From a virus, in the IMG/VR virus record IMGVR_UViG_3300032285_004008: a stretch of 64,000 nt of DNA; one strand, given 5' to 3'. The position numbers and the translations under genes were made by a program. Under the pieces are notes generated by a model. That model was not told where the DNA came from, did no database searches, and saw only the letters and a list, made by a program, of their open reading frames with translations. Of the stretch, positions 1 through 8,279 are shown piece after piece; position 1 is the stretch's first letter, and every line of letters starts with the position of its first letter.

Positions 1-21
1 AAATAAATACATCTGCGAGTC

Positions 22-54
22 AAAAAAAAACGCTGACGATTTCTCGCCAGCGTT
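22..54 (-). terminator. Intrinsic terminator after the ClgR-like gene
   Basis: CGCTG..CAGCG hairpin followed by T9 on the minus strand. Confidence 0.65.
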
Positions 55-66
55 CGTTTGAAGTTC

Positions 67-375
67 TTACAAAACTGATTCAGAATAATTTTCGATTCGA
101 TTCAGCAAATCGTGTGCCGTGTCTGGAATCTGTATGCCACCCATAATGAGAGACGCACAATAAATAATCTCGGAGGGTTCTACTCCCATTCCCTCATAAG
201 CAACTTTGTCTAAAAGTTCCGAACTAAGTTCCTTTGACCCTCGCTCAACTTCGGACAAATACCCAAGTGCGACAGACGCTTGCCCTGAAACCTGTCTTAG
301 CGTTAGCCCCTGAGCCTGACGCTCATCACGAAGGGCTTGCCCCAACGCCACTCTAAACAAAACTCGTTTACTCAT
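67..375 (-). CDS. XRE-family HTH regulator, ClgR/PopR-like
   Basis: [48 protein letters not shown] resembles the actinobacterial ClgR HTH. Start moved to ATG 375, 6 nt after a TATCAT -10 (leaderless). Confidence 0.8.
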   Translation of the reverse strand: MSKRVLFRVALGQALRDERQAQGLTLRQVSGQASVALGYLSEVERGSKELSSELLDKVAYEGMGVEPSEIIYCASLIMGGIQIPDTAHDLLNRIENYSESVL

Positions 376-438
376 ACTCAAATGATAGTTGCCGTGTTCA
401 ACTTTGTAAACAACATTCGTTTGAAGTTTGTTCTTCGC

Positions 439-455
439 TAGAAAAAATAAATACA
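439..455 (-). repeat. AT box TAGAAAAAATAAATACA (minus strand TGTATTTATTTTTTCTA), copy 1 of 5 exact copies
   Basis: Exact copies at 439, 1011, 2327, 6721, 7388; partial at 1-11; inverted near-copy at 6082. Confidence 0.9.
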
Positions 456-480
456 AACCCCGTGCGAAAAACCCCGTGCG

Positions 481-523
481 AAAAAAAAACCGCCAGCGAG
501 AGGGGGGTCTCGCTGACGGCTTT
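481..523 (-). terminator. Intrinsic terminator
   Basis: CCGCCAGCGAGA/TCTCGCTGACGG stem with a T-run on the minus strand. Confidence 0.7.
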
Positions 524-538
524 TCTGGACTTATCTGT

Positions 539-910
539 TTAGATTATGTCCACCCTTAGGGTTGCTTTACCAGCACCCTTTGGAATCGTGTATTCCTGTT
601 TGAGCAAGACATACAACTCTGGCTGGGTCTTTTCAAGGCGTTCCCAGTCAAACGATTCGCTTGACGGAATAACCTTGACGCTAATCAAACGCTTTCCCTT
701 AGCGTCCGTGCCAACTAGGTCGGTGAGAGTTTCCCCAACGAAGTCAAGAATCTCGGTGCGTGCCGAATCCCCTAGTGCCTTTGCCTGCTTGGCAAGGTTG
801 CGTGATTCACGCAAGGCTTTCACCTTTGCCTGAACCTTTGGTGGCAAGACAACAATGTTGTCCTGTGTGGTGCTGGTGATAGTTGCTTTCGCAACCTTTG
901 TGTTCGCCAT
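539..910 (-). CDS. Hypothetical early protein
   Basis: 123-aa ORF, GAAAGGA RBS, own promoter and terminator. Confidence 0.75.
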   Translation of the reverse strand: MANTKVAKATITSTTQDNIVVLPPKVQAKVKALRESRNLAKQAKALGDSARTEILDFVGETLTDLVGTDAKGKRLISVKVIPSSESFDWERLEKTQPELYVLLKQEYTIPKGAGKATLRVDII

Positions 911-945
911 TTGATTTCCTTTCGTAGAGTATCACTGGGCTTACA

Positions 946-1027
946 AGTTCCACATTACCTTAGTCTGCCGACATTACGCAAATCCTATCGTGGTCGTGTC
1001 GCCGTGTTCGTAGAAAAAATAAATACA
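946..1027 (-). promoter_or_regulatory. Early promoter cassette: AT box, TTGCGT-N18-TAATGT, GGAACT
   Basis: SigA-like -35/-10 spacing, same layout as the other early cassettes. Confidence 0.7.
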
Positions 1028-1037
1028 ACCCGCCCTG

Positions 1038-1064
1038 AAAAAAAGACTGGGCTTTCGCCCAGCC
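1038..1064 (-). terminator. Intrinsic terminator
   Basis: GGCTGGGC-GAAA-GCCCAGTC followed by T7. Confidence 0.75.
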
Positions 1065-1078
1065 TTTCGTTTGAAGTT

Positions 1079-1939
1079 CTACTCCTCCGTGTTGTCCTCA
1101 TACTTCGGGAAAAGGTGTTCCCCTGTGTTCTCGTCTACAACTCGGAAACTATCTGCGTCCTCTGGTTCGAGGTTGTCTAGTCCGTCTTGGGCAAGTTCCC
1201 ACGCTTGCTCTGCGTTCTGGGCTTTGACCACATAACGGCGTTCGACTACAACTACGAAGTCCCTGTCCTCACGAGGGCAGTCCTCATAGAGGTCGTCTTC
1301 ATCACCGCTTTCGCACGCCCAGCAATCACGCCCTAGTTCCACATAGTCTGCGTGGCTATCGGGTATGTCCCACTCTTTCGTCATAATCAGCGACTTAGTT
1401 GGCTTGCCGTCTTCATCTACATCATCTGCGTCTGACGAAGTAAACTCCGCGCCCCAGCCCTGCTCTTCCTCCGAATAGAAGTCGAATGAAAGTTCTGGGT
1501 GCTGTCTGACTATTGCGTGGAATACTGGCTCTGGTATTGACCAAGCCGTTTGGAATGCGTAGTTCAGAAAAGGTGCTTTGTCGTCCGTGTTGTCCGTGAA
1601 GTCCACATCACTTGCGTCCCACTTAGTTCCCCACTCACGAACATTCCAGTCATACCAGCCGTTAGAAGAAAACTTCATTGAGTAAGCCATCTTATCTTCG
1701 ACAGACCAGTCGTTGTATCCGTCTGGCTTGTAGTCGCTTGCCCCGAAGTAGAGAGCCTTGTCCTCTGGCTCAATGAAGTTCCAAAATGAGAGTTCGCTCT
1801 TGTCGCCCTCCGTGTAAGTGAGCGAGCCGTCCTCCGTGTTCAGTCCGTCTGGTCGAGTTTTGCTCGCCTTATCACGGAACGCAATCAAGTCCTCTTTCGA
1901 GCCATTGACATTCATTGTGTTGTAGACCCAGTTTGGCAT
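1079..1939 (-). CDS. YubB/DUF1281-like ferredoxin-fold protein
   Basis: MPNW start, WYDWNVREWGTKW and FQTAW motifs. Confidence 0.75.
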   Translation of the reverse strand: MPNWVYNTMNVNGSKEDLIAFRDKASKTRPDGLNTEDGSLTYTEGDKSELSFWNFIEPEDKALYFGASDYKPDGYNDWSVEDKMAYSMKFSSNGWYDWNVREWGTKWDASDVDFTDNTDDKAPFLNYAFQTAWSIPEPVFHAIVRQHPELSFDFYSEEEQGWGAEFTSSDADDVDEDGKPTKSLIMTKEWDIPDSHADYVELGRDCWACESGDEDDLYEDCPREDRDFVVVVERRYVVKAQNAEQAWELAQDGLDNLEPEDADSFRVVDENTGEHLFPKYEDNTEE

Positions 1940-1941
1940 TT

Positions 1942-2238
1942 CTACCACTCCCCTTTCTTGATGTCCATTTTGTGCTTTTCAATCATCTCGTTCACAGTTT
2001 CACCTGCGAACAACTTGACTACGCCGAGCCGTGTTTCCAACTCCTCTATGCCCAACTTGCGAGCAAGGATTTCCGCTAGTGCCACAGCACGATACATAGT
2101 TGGGTCGCAGTATCCCTCTTGGCAATACTCCTCGACCATTACACCCAAAGTTGCTAGTGCGATACCAGCAATGTCCTCTGGCTCTAGGTCAGCGTGGTTC
2201 AACTCGTCCATTCGCTCACCTGAACACTTTACGCACAT
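1942..2238 (-). CDS. Hypothetical early protein
   Basis: 98-aa ORF directly after a promoter, GAAAGGGG RBS. Confidence 0.65.
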   Translation of the reverse strand: MCVKCSGERMDELNHADLEPEDIAGIALATLGVMVEEYCQEGYCDPTMYRAVALAEILARKLGIEELETRLGVVKLFAGETVNEMIEKHKMDIKKGEW

Positions 2239-2261
2239 CTCAATCCCCTTTCATTTGGATT

Positions 2262-2343
2262 AGTTCCACTTTACCCTAGTCCTACGACAAATACAAATAC
2301 CTCGTTGGAAGTGTCGTGGCGTTTCGTAGAAAAAATAAATACA
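2262..2343 (-). promoter_or_regulatory. Early promoter cassette: AT box, TTGTAT-N17-TAAAGT, GGAACT
   Basis: Same architecture as the 946-1027 and 6662-6737 cassettes. Confidence 0.7.
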
Positions 2344-2437
2344 CACACTCGAAAAAAAAAACGCAACGCAACTTTTCATGAGTTCGTTTGAAGTTCACCA
2401 GACTCGGCAACAACTGGTGCGCACTTACACATGGCAA

Positions 2438-2479
2438 AGAAAACCCCCGACAATCCGTTAGGACTATCGGGGGTTCTCT
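2438..2479 (-). terminator. Terminator-like hairpin after the VWA gene
   Basis: AACCCCCGA..TCGGGGGTT stem with a T-rich tail on the minus strand. Confidence 0.6.
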
Positions 2480-2486
2480 GTTATCA

Positions 2487-2527
2487 CTAACGGAGTGATG
2501 AAAGGACGAACAAACGCACTCCGTTAG
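2487..2527 (-). ncRNA. 11-bp hairpin whose loop is antisense to early-gene RBSs (candidate 3'UTR sRNA element)
   Basis: CTAACGGAGTG/CACTCCGTTAG stem; minus-strand loop CGTTTGTTCGTCCTTTCAT. Confidence 0.4.
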
Positions 2528-2542
2528 CAAACTTGCTGGCGA

Positions 2543-4303
2543 CTAAACGCTTGCTTTCAAAAGTGCGTCCGTTGCGCTCTTACCAATCGCAGACGCAATC
2601 TCGCTGGTCGCTAGATTTCCTAGCACCACGCCGTTTCCCTTGACCAGTCTCTCGCCCATTCCTTGACCGCACTCTTTCGGTGTAATCCAAAGCAGAGCCA
2701 CGCCGTTCTCTTTACAGAGGCGAGCCGTCTCAATCGCACGCTCGGTCTCTGTGCCTGTGTAATGTCCGTCCGATACAACAACCAACATACGCACGCCAGT
2801 TCCAGTTAGCAGACCAAGTGCGCCGTCCAATGCTCGGAACGCCTTGCCAAAAACTTCCGTTCCGTCTGGTGCGGAGTAGACCGAAACCTTATCCAACTTC
2901 TGACCAACCTTGAGAGTTGGGAACACATCTTGTCCGTAGTAGACCATAGCGGTCTTGGCTTGAATACGGCGACCTGCCTCTGACAAAACCCAAGCCGTAG
3001 TCGCCATGCTTTTCATGGCAGACGACATAGAACCGCTAATGTCCACCATTACGCCAATGGTCAAAGTCGGGTCGTCTGTGTGCTTGCGTGTCTTGTGTCG
3101 CCACGCAGGGTTCAAGTCTCGCACGCCCTTTGCCTCTAGTGCCTTGTTCTGAACAAGCACTCGTGATTTCAGTCTGCCCTTTGGTTCGACAGACTTCACG
3201 ATAGTTTCCGAACGCTCACGATACTTTGCCTTTTCCAACATCTGCGCAAGTTTGACTGCGCTGGCTCGTTCGTGTCCAGTTGGGTCTCGTTGCTCTTGAA
3301 GTCGTGAGTGAGACGAAGTTCCCTCGCTACCACTTGACTTGCTAAAGACTTCCTGTGCGTCTCGCTTGCTCTCGCTTTGTCGCTTGCTCTCGCTCTGACG
3401 CTTTGAGACTTCCTCTTTCCATTCCTCTTGGGTCTGCTGGTCGCCCAAGTCTTTCGCAACGGAAGTTCCAGTCTCACCTGCGTCCTCGCTCAAAGCGTCA
3501 AGCAAGTCCTGAATGATTTGAGGAACGCCAGAACCACCCTCACCCTGTTCGCCCTCTGGGTCTGCCTCTTTCAAAAGGTCATTCCACTTTTGAGCAAGTT
3601 CGATACCACGAGCAACTTGGCTCGTGTGAAGTTGCTGAAACTCCACCCAAACTTTGCGAAGTTCATTGAACAAGTCTAACCCAATGACCTCAAGAACTTT
3701 GTCGAAAGTTGCTTGAACATCTGCCAACTTCAAAACACCTGCGTCCACTCGTGCGAGTGCCAACGCTGATACATGAGCGCACGCACGAACCTCTGTCAAG
3801 TTGTCAAGTGCCTCGTCTGTCAAGTCCTCTAGTGCCAAGTTCAAAGCAGACGCACGCAAGAACAACTGGTTCTCTGGCATTAGAACAACGCCCTTGCGTT
3901 CGATACGACTTTCGTCTAGCAACTGAAAAGTCCTGAAAGTTTTTTCGTCCATGCTTTCAAGCGCAGACATTTCCCAAACTGAAAAACGAGCGTGAAGTGC
4001 CTCGTGATAAATAACCCCTGTTGCCTCTGCGAAGTCATACTGGACTTCTCGCTCTGAAAAGTCGCCAACCATTTCTGGAGTGGTCGCAAGACCAAACGCC
4101 CCACCAATGTTGATTTCGATTTCAGCAGTCGTGTTGATAAAGCAAGCAATAGCCATGCCCATACCTGCGTCCTCGCCTGCGTAAACTGCCAAGTCATTTC
4201 GACCTGACCAAGTGTTTACAACCTGCCCAATCTGTGCGCAAGTTTTCAGCCACTCGTTAGGCGTGGTGCTGGTGCGTGTTGCTACTCGTGATAAGTGAGA
4301 CAT
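2543..4303 (-). CDS. VWA (MIDAS) domain protein with N-terminal HExxH region, CobT/NorD-like partner of a MoxR ATPase
   Basis: VMVDISGSMS MIDAS, VVSDG, YHEALH. Start MSHL at 4303 has a GAAAGGACGAA RBS. Confidence 0.85.
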   Translation of the reverse strand: MSHLSRVATRTSTTPNEWLKTCAQIGQVVNTWSGRNDLAVYAGEDAGMGMAIACFINTTAEIEINIGGAFGLATTPEMVGDFSEREVQYDFAEATGVIYHEALHARFSVWEMSALESMDEKTFRTFQLLDESRIERKGVVLMPENQLFLRASALNLALEDLTDEALDNLTEVRACAHVSALALARVDAGVLKLADVQATFDKVLEVIGLDLFNELRKVWVEFQQLHTSQVARGIELAQKWNDLLKEADPEGEQGEGGSGVPQIIQDLLDALSEDAGETGTSVAKDLGDQQTQEEWKEEVSKRQSESKRQSESKRDAQEVFSKSSGSEGTSSHSRLQEQRDPTGHERASAVKLAQMLEKAKYRERSETIVKSVEPKGRLKSRVLVQNKALEAKGVRDLNPAWRHKTRKHTDDPTLTIGVMVDISGSMSSAMKSMATTAWVLSEAGRRIQAKTAMVYYGQDVFPTLKVGQKLDKVSVYSAPDGTEVFGKAFRALDGALGLLTGTGVRMLVVVSDGHYTGTETERAIETARLCKENGVALLWITPKECGQGMGERLVKGNGVVLGNLATSEIASAIGKSATDALLKASV

Positions 4304-4340
4304 TTGATTTCGTCCTTTCGTTGTCTCTTGATTTGTTGCT

Positions 4341-4375
4341 AGTTCCAACCTTACCAGATTTGGCAGGGAACGCAA
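4341..4375 (-). promoter_or_regulatory. Promoter TTGCGT-N16-TAAGGT-TGGAACT
   Basis: Matches the early promoter pattern. Confidence 0.6.
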
Positions 4376-4424
4376 GTTCATTTACAAACTGCGTTCCCCA
4401 CCTTTTCTAGTAGGAACGGAACTA

Positions 4425-5453
4425 CTAGATTTTGGCTGGCAGAACTGCCTCGCCAAAAACTCGTGTGAACACATCTGCGACAACAGACCTGTCAATCTCT
4501 GGTGCGCTGGCAAGCAAGTTGGCAACTGCCCACTTAGAACCAAACAACTCGCTTAGGTCTCGGAACGCAAGCAACTCTCGCATTTGAGGCGACCATGAAG
4601 TTTCGCCATTCGCCTGTTTCTTTGCCAAGTTCTGTGAGGCTGAAACTGCTGTCGCAGGAACGCCCAACTTCTTTGCCAATGCCCAGTCAGTAGTCATTTC
4701 GACCTGAACGCTGAAACGAGAGAGCAACGCCTCTGAAAGTCGAACTCCGGGTGCGTTAGGGTTGGTCGCACCAATCACGAAAAATCCCTCTTGAGCCTTG
4801 ATAGTTCCTCGCTCTGGGTTCTGGGTAATCGTGATTTCCTTGCGTCCGTCCATAAGACCATAGACCGCAGACAAGACCTTTGGGTCAATCAGACCAATCT
4901 CGTCAATGAGCAAAACTTTTCCTTGCTCGGCAGACTTGACCAATGCGCCGTCCACCCATTCAAAACCGCCACTTGGAGTTTGAACATAGCCACCAATGAA
5001 GTCAGCAAGTTCGGTGTCGCCAGAACCAAGAATGGTGTAAAGTTCGTCAGGGAACGCACCCTCAACGAGTGCTGTCTTTCCAGTTCCAGGTGCGCCATAG
5101 AGCAAGACATACTGACCTGCGCCTCGTGCTTTGCGCAAGACTTCAATGTCTGTGTGTTCTCCCCATGAGCGAGAGTAGTAATCCTGACCATTAGGTCGTG
5201 CGTATTTCTCAACGCCCTCTAATGCCTCAACATTTACCACTTTGTTCGCCTTTACTTTTGGAGTGCCAGTTCCAACTTTAGCACGCACATTCGCACGAGC
5301 AGTCGTTGGCATTAGCGCACTTAGTTCTGCTGGAACTTTGGTTGCGTCCATGTCTTGAATGGCAACACCATAGACAAGTTTCGATAGGTCTTGGTAAAGG
5401 TCGTCCACATTTAGTTCGACCTCTGGAACTGCTGGAGTAATGAGAGTAGTCAT
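4425..5453 (-). CDS. MoxR/CbbQ/CobS-like AAA+ ATPase
   Basis: Walker A GAPGTGKT, Walker B LLIDE, GATNP sensor, ALLSRF arginine finger. Confidence 0.9.
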   Translation of the reverse strand: MTTLITPAVPEVELNVDDLYQDLSKLVYGVAIQDMDATKVPAELSALMPTTARANVRAKVGTGTPKVKANKVVNVEALEGVEKYARPNGQDYYSRSWGEHTDIEVLRKARGAGQYVLLYGAPGTGKTALVEGAFPDELYTILGSGDTELADFIGGYVQTPSGGFEWVDGALVKSAEQGKVLLIDEIGLIDPKVLSAVYGLMDGRKEITITQNPERGTIKAQEGFFVIGATNPNAPGVRLSEALLSRFSVQVEMTTDWALAKKLGVPATAVSASQNLAKKQANGETSWSPQMRELLAFRDLSELFGSKWAVANLLASAPEIDRSVVADVFTRVFGEAVLPAKI

Positions 5454-5477
5454 TTTATTTTCCGTCCTTTTCTATGA

Positions 5478-5996
5478 CTATGCTTTTGAGTTGTATGGCT
5501 TTTCAGGAAAGCCAAGTGCTAGGCGAGTTTTCTGAATACGGCGAAGTGCTGACGCTGGTGCTTTCCAATCGCCGATTTCGGTGAAGTCCATGTCTGTAAG
5601 TTCAAACACGATAGGCTTTGCGCCACGCAAGTTAGTCAGACCATACTTCATCTGACGCTTGAGAACACGCTCTACCTGCTCTGACATAGCAGACGCTTTT
5701 GCCTCTGCTGTGGTCAGTTCCTTATCAGGTCGAATGAAACTGATACGCCATTGCTTGCGTGGAGACCAATCGCTAATAGTGCGAGTGCTAATAGCCATTG
5801 CGACATCTTGACCCTTTTCGTTCTTTCCCTCTGGGGTAATCAAGATTTGAGTTGCTTGGTCGCCATTGGCATTTGGGAGTTCAAGGTAGATACCCATTCC
5901 CATTACCTTTGGCTTGTTGCTAACTTCACCAAGCGCAACTGCGCTGGCTAGTTCTGGGGTTAGTTCCCCGAATGTTCCCATTAGGTCTGGGTTCAT
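5478..5996 (-). CDS. Hypothetical early protein
   Basis: 172-aa ORF, AAAGGACGG RBS. Confidence 0.75.
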   Translation of the reverse strand: MNPDLMGTFGELTPELASAVALGEVSNKPKVMGMGIYLELPNANGDQATQILITPEGKNEKGQDVAMAISTRTISDWSPRKQWRISFIRPDKELTTAEAKASAMSEQVERVLKRQMKYGLTNLRGAKPIVFELTDMDFTEIGDWKAPASALRRIQKTRLALGFPEKPYNSKA

Positions 5997-6044
5997 TTTT
6001 TTCCGTCCTTTACTTTAGGTTTGTTGGATTTTTCCAACAAGTCA

Positions 6045-6096
6045 AACTTAGCAGGGTTCGTTGGAAGTTGTCAAGTTCTGCTGTATTTATTTTTCT
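6045..6096 (-). promoter_or_regulatory. Promoter TTGACA-N18-TAAGTT with an inverted AT box upstream and a 13-bp motif overlapping the spacer
   Basis: Consensus -35; TTCGTTGGAAGTT at 6057-6069; TGTATTTATTTTTCT at 6082-6096. Confidence 0.75.
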
Positions 6097-6103
6097 GGCG
6101 TGT

Positions 6104-6640
6104 CTAGAAGTGAAAATCAACTGGGATTAGGAACTGCTTTTCAGGACTAGAGGCAACTCGCTTTGTGAAGTTGTCTAGTGAACCTGTCCAATAGTCCAAG
6201 TCGTAGATACCACTATCAGGTGTCCAGTCGTCATTCAGAAGTTGTGCCAACTTCTTAGTTCCCCACAACTCCATGTCTAGTTTGTTGTTGTATGGGTCGT
6301 AAGAATAACTAGATAGGTCTAGTGCCTGTGGCTGGAGAAGTCTGATTTCCTCGTAGCGATACTCCAGAAAACGAGTAATCACTTGTTCCGCGAGCGCGGG
6401 GTCGTCTGAATAGCGCAGATAGTTTGGGTTGGTATCTGTGTTGGTCATTACACCCTCCTCGTTGTATGACCCAAAGACTTCACCAGACCAGCGACCAGCA
6501 AAGTTCAAAGTGATAGCCCCTGACTGGTCTGCGTTGTGCCAGTCAGACCATTTTGGCTCGCCCTCTAGTTTGCGTGCTACTTCATCAAAAGCCTGTTCTG
6601 GTGTCTCTGCCTCTACTAGCAGGATTTGGCAAGTGTGCAT
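6104..6640 (-). CDS. Hypothetical phage protein (GRWSG ... VDFH type)
   Basis: 178-aa ORF, GAAAGGACGAA RBS. Confidence 0.75.
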   Translation of the reverse strand: MHTCQILLVEAETPEQAFDEVARKLEGEPKWSDWHNADQSGAITLNFAGRWSGEVFGSYNEEGVMTNTDTNPNYLRYSDDPALAEQVITRFLEYRYEEIRLLQPQALDLSSYSYDPYNNKLDMELWGTKKLAQLLNDDWTPDSGIYDLDYWTGSLDNFTKRVASSPEKQFLIPVDFHF

Positions 6641-6661
6641 TTTCGTCCTTTCGATTTGCCT

Positions 6662-6737
6662 AGTTCCAAACTTACAACGAACCTATGACAAAATACAAGT
6701 TGTCAAACGAGCGTGTTTCGTAGAAAAAATAAATACA
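6662..6737 (-). promoter_or_regulatory. Early promoter cassette: AT box, TTGTAT-N18-TAAGTT, TGGAACT
   Basis: Repeated cassette layout. Confidence 0.7.
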
Positions 6738-6748
6738 ACTAGGGCAAA

Positions 6749-6778
6749 GAAAAAAGCCCCTCGTGTTTGAGAGGCTTT
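6749..6778 (-). terminator. Intrinsic terminator
   Basis: AAAGCC..GGCTTT hairpin plus T-run on the minus strand. Confidence 0.6.
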
Positions 6779-6790
6779 CGTTCTTTGTTG

Positions 6791-7303
6791 TTATGCGTAG
6801 AGTTCCTCACGCAAGAGGTAGCAGGTTTTACAGATTGGGAGGCTTAGGCTCTTACTTCCTCGCCAAGTCTTTCTTTCCTCGAACTCGTGGACGCCCTCTG
6901 CGAAGTGTTTCGCTAGTTCAATCGTGTTTGCGTTGTAGCGAAGTTTGTTCCACATTTCCATACTCCATTCAGAAGTATCAAGAACCAGCATTTCCTCTGC
7001 GTTTCCGAAACTAGACCCAGAGAAGTAAGTCTTATTTCTTGGTTGGAGGTTTAGTGGAACTGCGATAAAAGCCCTGCCAGCAATCGTGTTCTCTTTGGCA
7101 TACTTCTTTGCTCGTGCCTCTGCTAGAGGTAGTCGTGAGTGGACACTCCAAATGCTCTCGAACACCCCATCTTTGAGCATTACAACTCCAGCAGTAATGT
7201 CTGACCTATCTGACCATGTGTAGAGCATTGTTCCAGCCCAGTCGGAGACAGGCATACCTACTGGTAGTTCAGGTATGTATTTGAAAGTGTTGTATTCAGC
7301 CAT
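6791..7303 (-). CDS. Hypothetical early protein
   Basis: 170-aa ORF, AGGAG RBS. Confidence 0.75.
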   Translation of the reverse strand: MAEYNTFKYIPELPVGMPVSDWAGTMLYTWSDRSDITAGVVMLKDGVFESIWSVHSRLPLAEARAKKYAKENTIAGRAFIAVPLNLQPRNKTYFSGSSFGNAEEMLVLDTSEWSMEMWNKLRYNANTIELAKHFAEGVHEFEERKTWRGSKSLSLPICKTCYLLREELYA

Positions 7304-7333
7304 AAATAACTCCTGTTTGTTCGTTTGGAGTCA

Positions 7334-7404
7334 ACTTTACCAGAGTAGATAAGTAGTGTCAAATCTTTTTGGCTTGGTGTGTTGCGCTAGAAAAAATAAA
7401 TACA
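7334..7404 (-). promoter_or_regulatory. Rightmost early cassette: AT box, TTGACA-N17-TAAAGT
   Basis: Near-consensus SigA promoter. Confidence 0.8.
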
Positions 7405-7405
7405 A

Positions 7406-7984
7406 CTAGAGATTTAGTCGATGTTTATTTGCCAGCGCTTCGTAATTCTTTTCTGCCTGCTCGAAATCAAATCTAGTCAAGTATTGAACGAATTCGTCAT
7501 AGTCAGGGAGTTCCCTAGAACTAGATACATGAGGAACACTGGAGTATGGCCCTCCATTGAAAATCTTTGTGGATACTGCCTCAGGGTGGAGTATCTCGTC
7601 ACCCAAAGCGTCAGCAACCTTTTTTACAACTGCGCTTGGATCTTTACAGAAGTCTTCATAAAGAACGACAATTTCTGCATTTGAATCTATGAACCTCATC
7701 TTGTCCGAGAACTCGCGAATGTAGAGGTCTACCATGGCATGGTATCCCTCGTCTCCAATTTGACTGTGTCCCTTTTTGGCATTCATTGCAATCAGTGACG
7801 CCACTGAACTTTTAGGGTCGCGAATGATTGAAACGATTTGCATACCATCAGCATCATCATCAAAGTGTGTCCCACGTAGGTGGACTTCGGTCTGCAGTTC
7901 ATAAGTGTGGGTGAATGCATTGAGCCCAGAGCGTGGGTAGGTGTAAACGACGTATCCGTTCTTACGGGTTGAGTCTAATCCCAT
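7406..7984 (-). CDS. Sulfotransferase-like P-loop protein
   Basis: TYPRSG (5'-PSB-like), IIRDPKSSVAS (3'-PB-like), YEDF. Confidence 0.6.
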   Translation of the reverse strand: MGLDSTRKNGYVVYTYPRSGLNAFTHTYELQTEVHLRGTHFDDDADGMQIVSIIRDPKSSVASLIAMNAKKGHSQIGDEGYHAMVDLYIREFSDKMRFIDSNAEIVVLYEDFCKDPSAVVKKVADALGDEILHPEAVSTKIFNGGPYSSVPHVSSSRELPDYDEFVQYLTRFDFEQAEKNYEALANKHRLNL

Positions 7985-7988
7985 GGTG

Positions 7989-8225
7989 CTAAAAATCTTC
8001 CTCCGTTGCTACAACAGCTTCTGCGCACTGCAAGCAAACCGTCCATTGGTCTATGTCATCTAAAACTATAGCGTATGAGTAGAACCCACCGTTGATGTAC
8101 CCGACCTCTTCGTAGCATGCCGAGCATGCCGCGCCGTCAATGTCGTCGATGTCTAGCAAGCCAGCCATCATTGCTGCGTCGATGTCCGCTGCGGACTCTA
8201 TCGTGTGGAGTTCTATATTTCTCAT
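7989..8225 (-). CDS. Small acidic protein with two CxxC motifs
   Basis: CSAC...CLQC. Confidence 0.6.
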   Translation of the reverse strand: MRNIELHTIESAADIDAAMMAGLLDIDDIDGAACSACYEEVGYINGGFYSYAIVLDDIDQWTVCLQCAEAVVATEEDF

Positions 8226-8279
8226 ACGGCTAGAATACCCCGTTGTTCAAATAGTGATTTGAACGCGCTCGCGGTATCC

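Noticed and set aside
2282-2530. 82-aa minus-strand ORF
   Set aside because: It runs across hairpins, the AT box and a promoter; a regulatory reading fits better
2543-5453. Cobaltochelatase CobS/CobT as cobalamin auxiliary genes
   Set aside because: No cobN or other cob genes; a generic MoxR-VWA pair is more parsimonious
1-7404. AT box and 13-bp repeats as a CRISPR array
   Set aside because: Copies are separated by whole genes at irregular distances; no spacer periodicity and no cas genes
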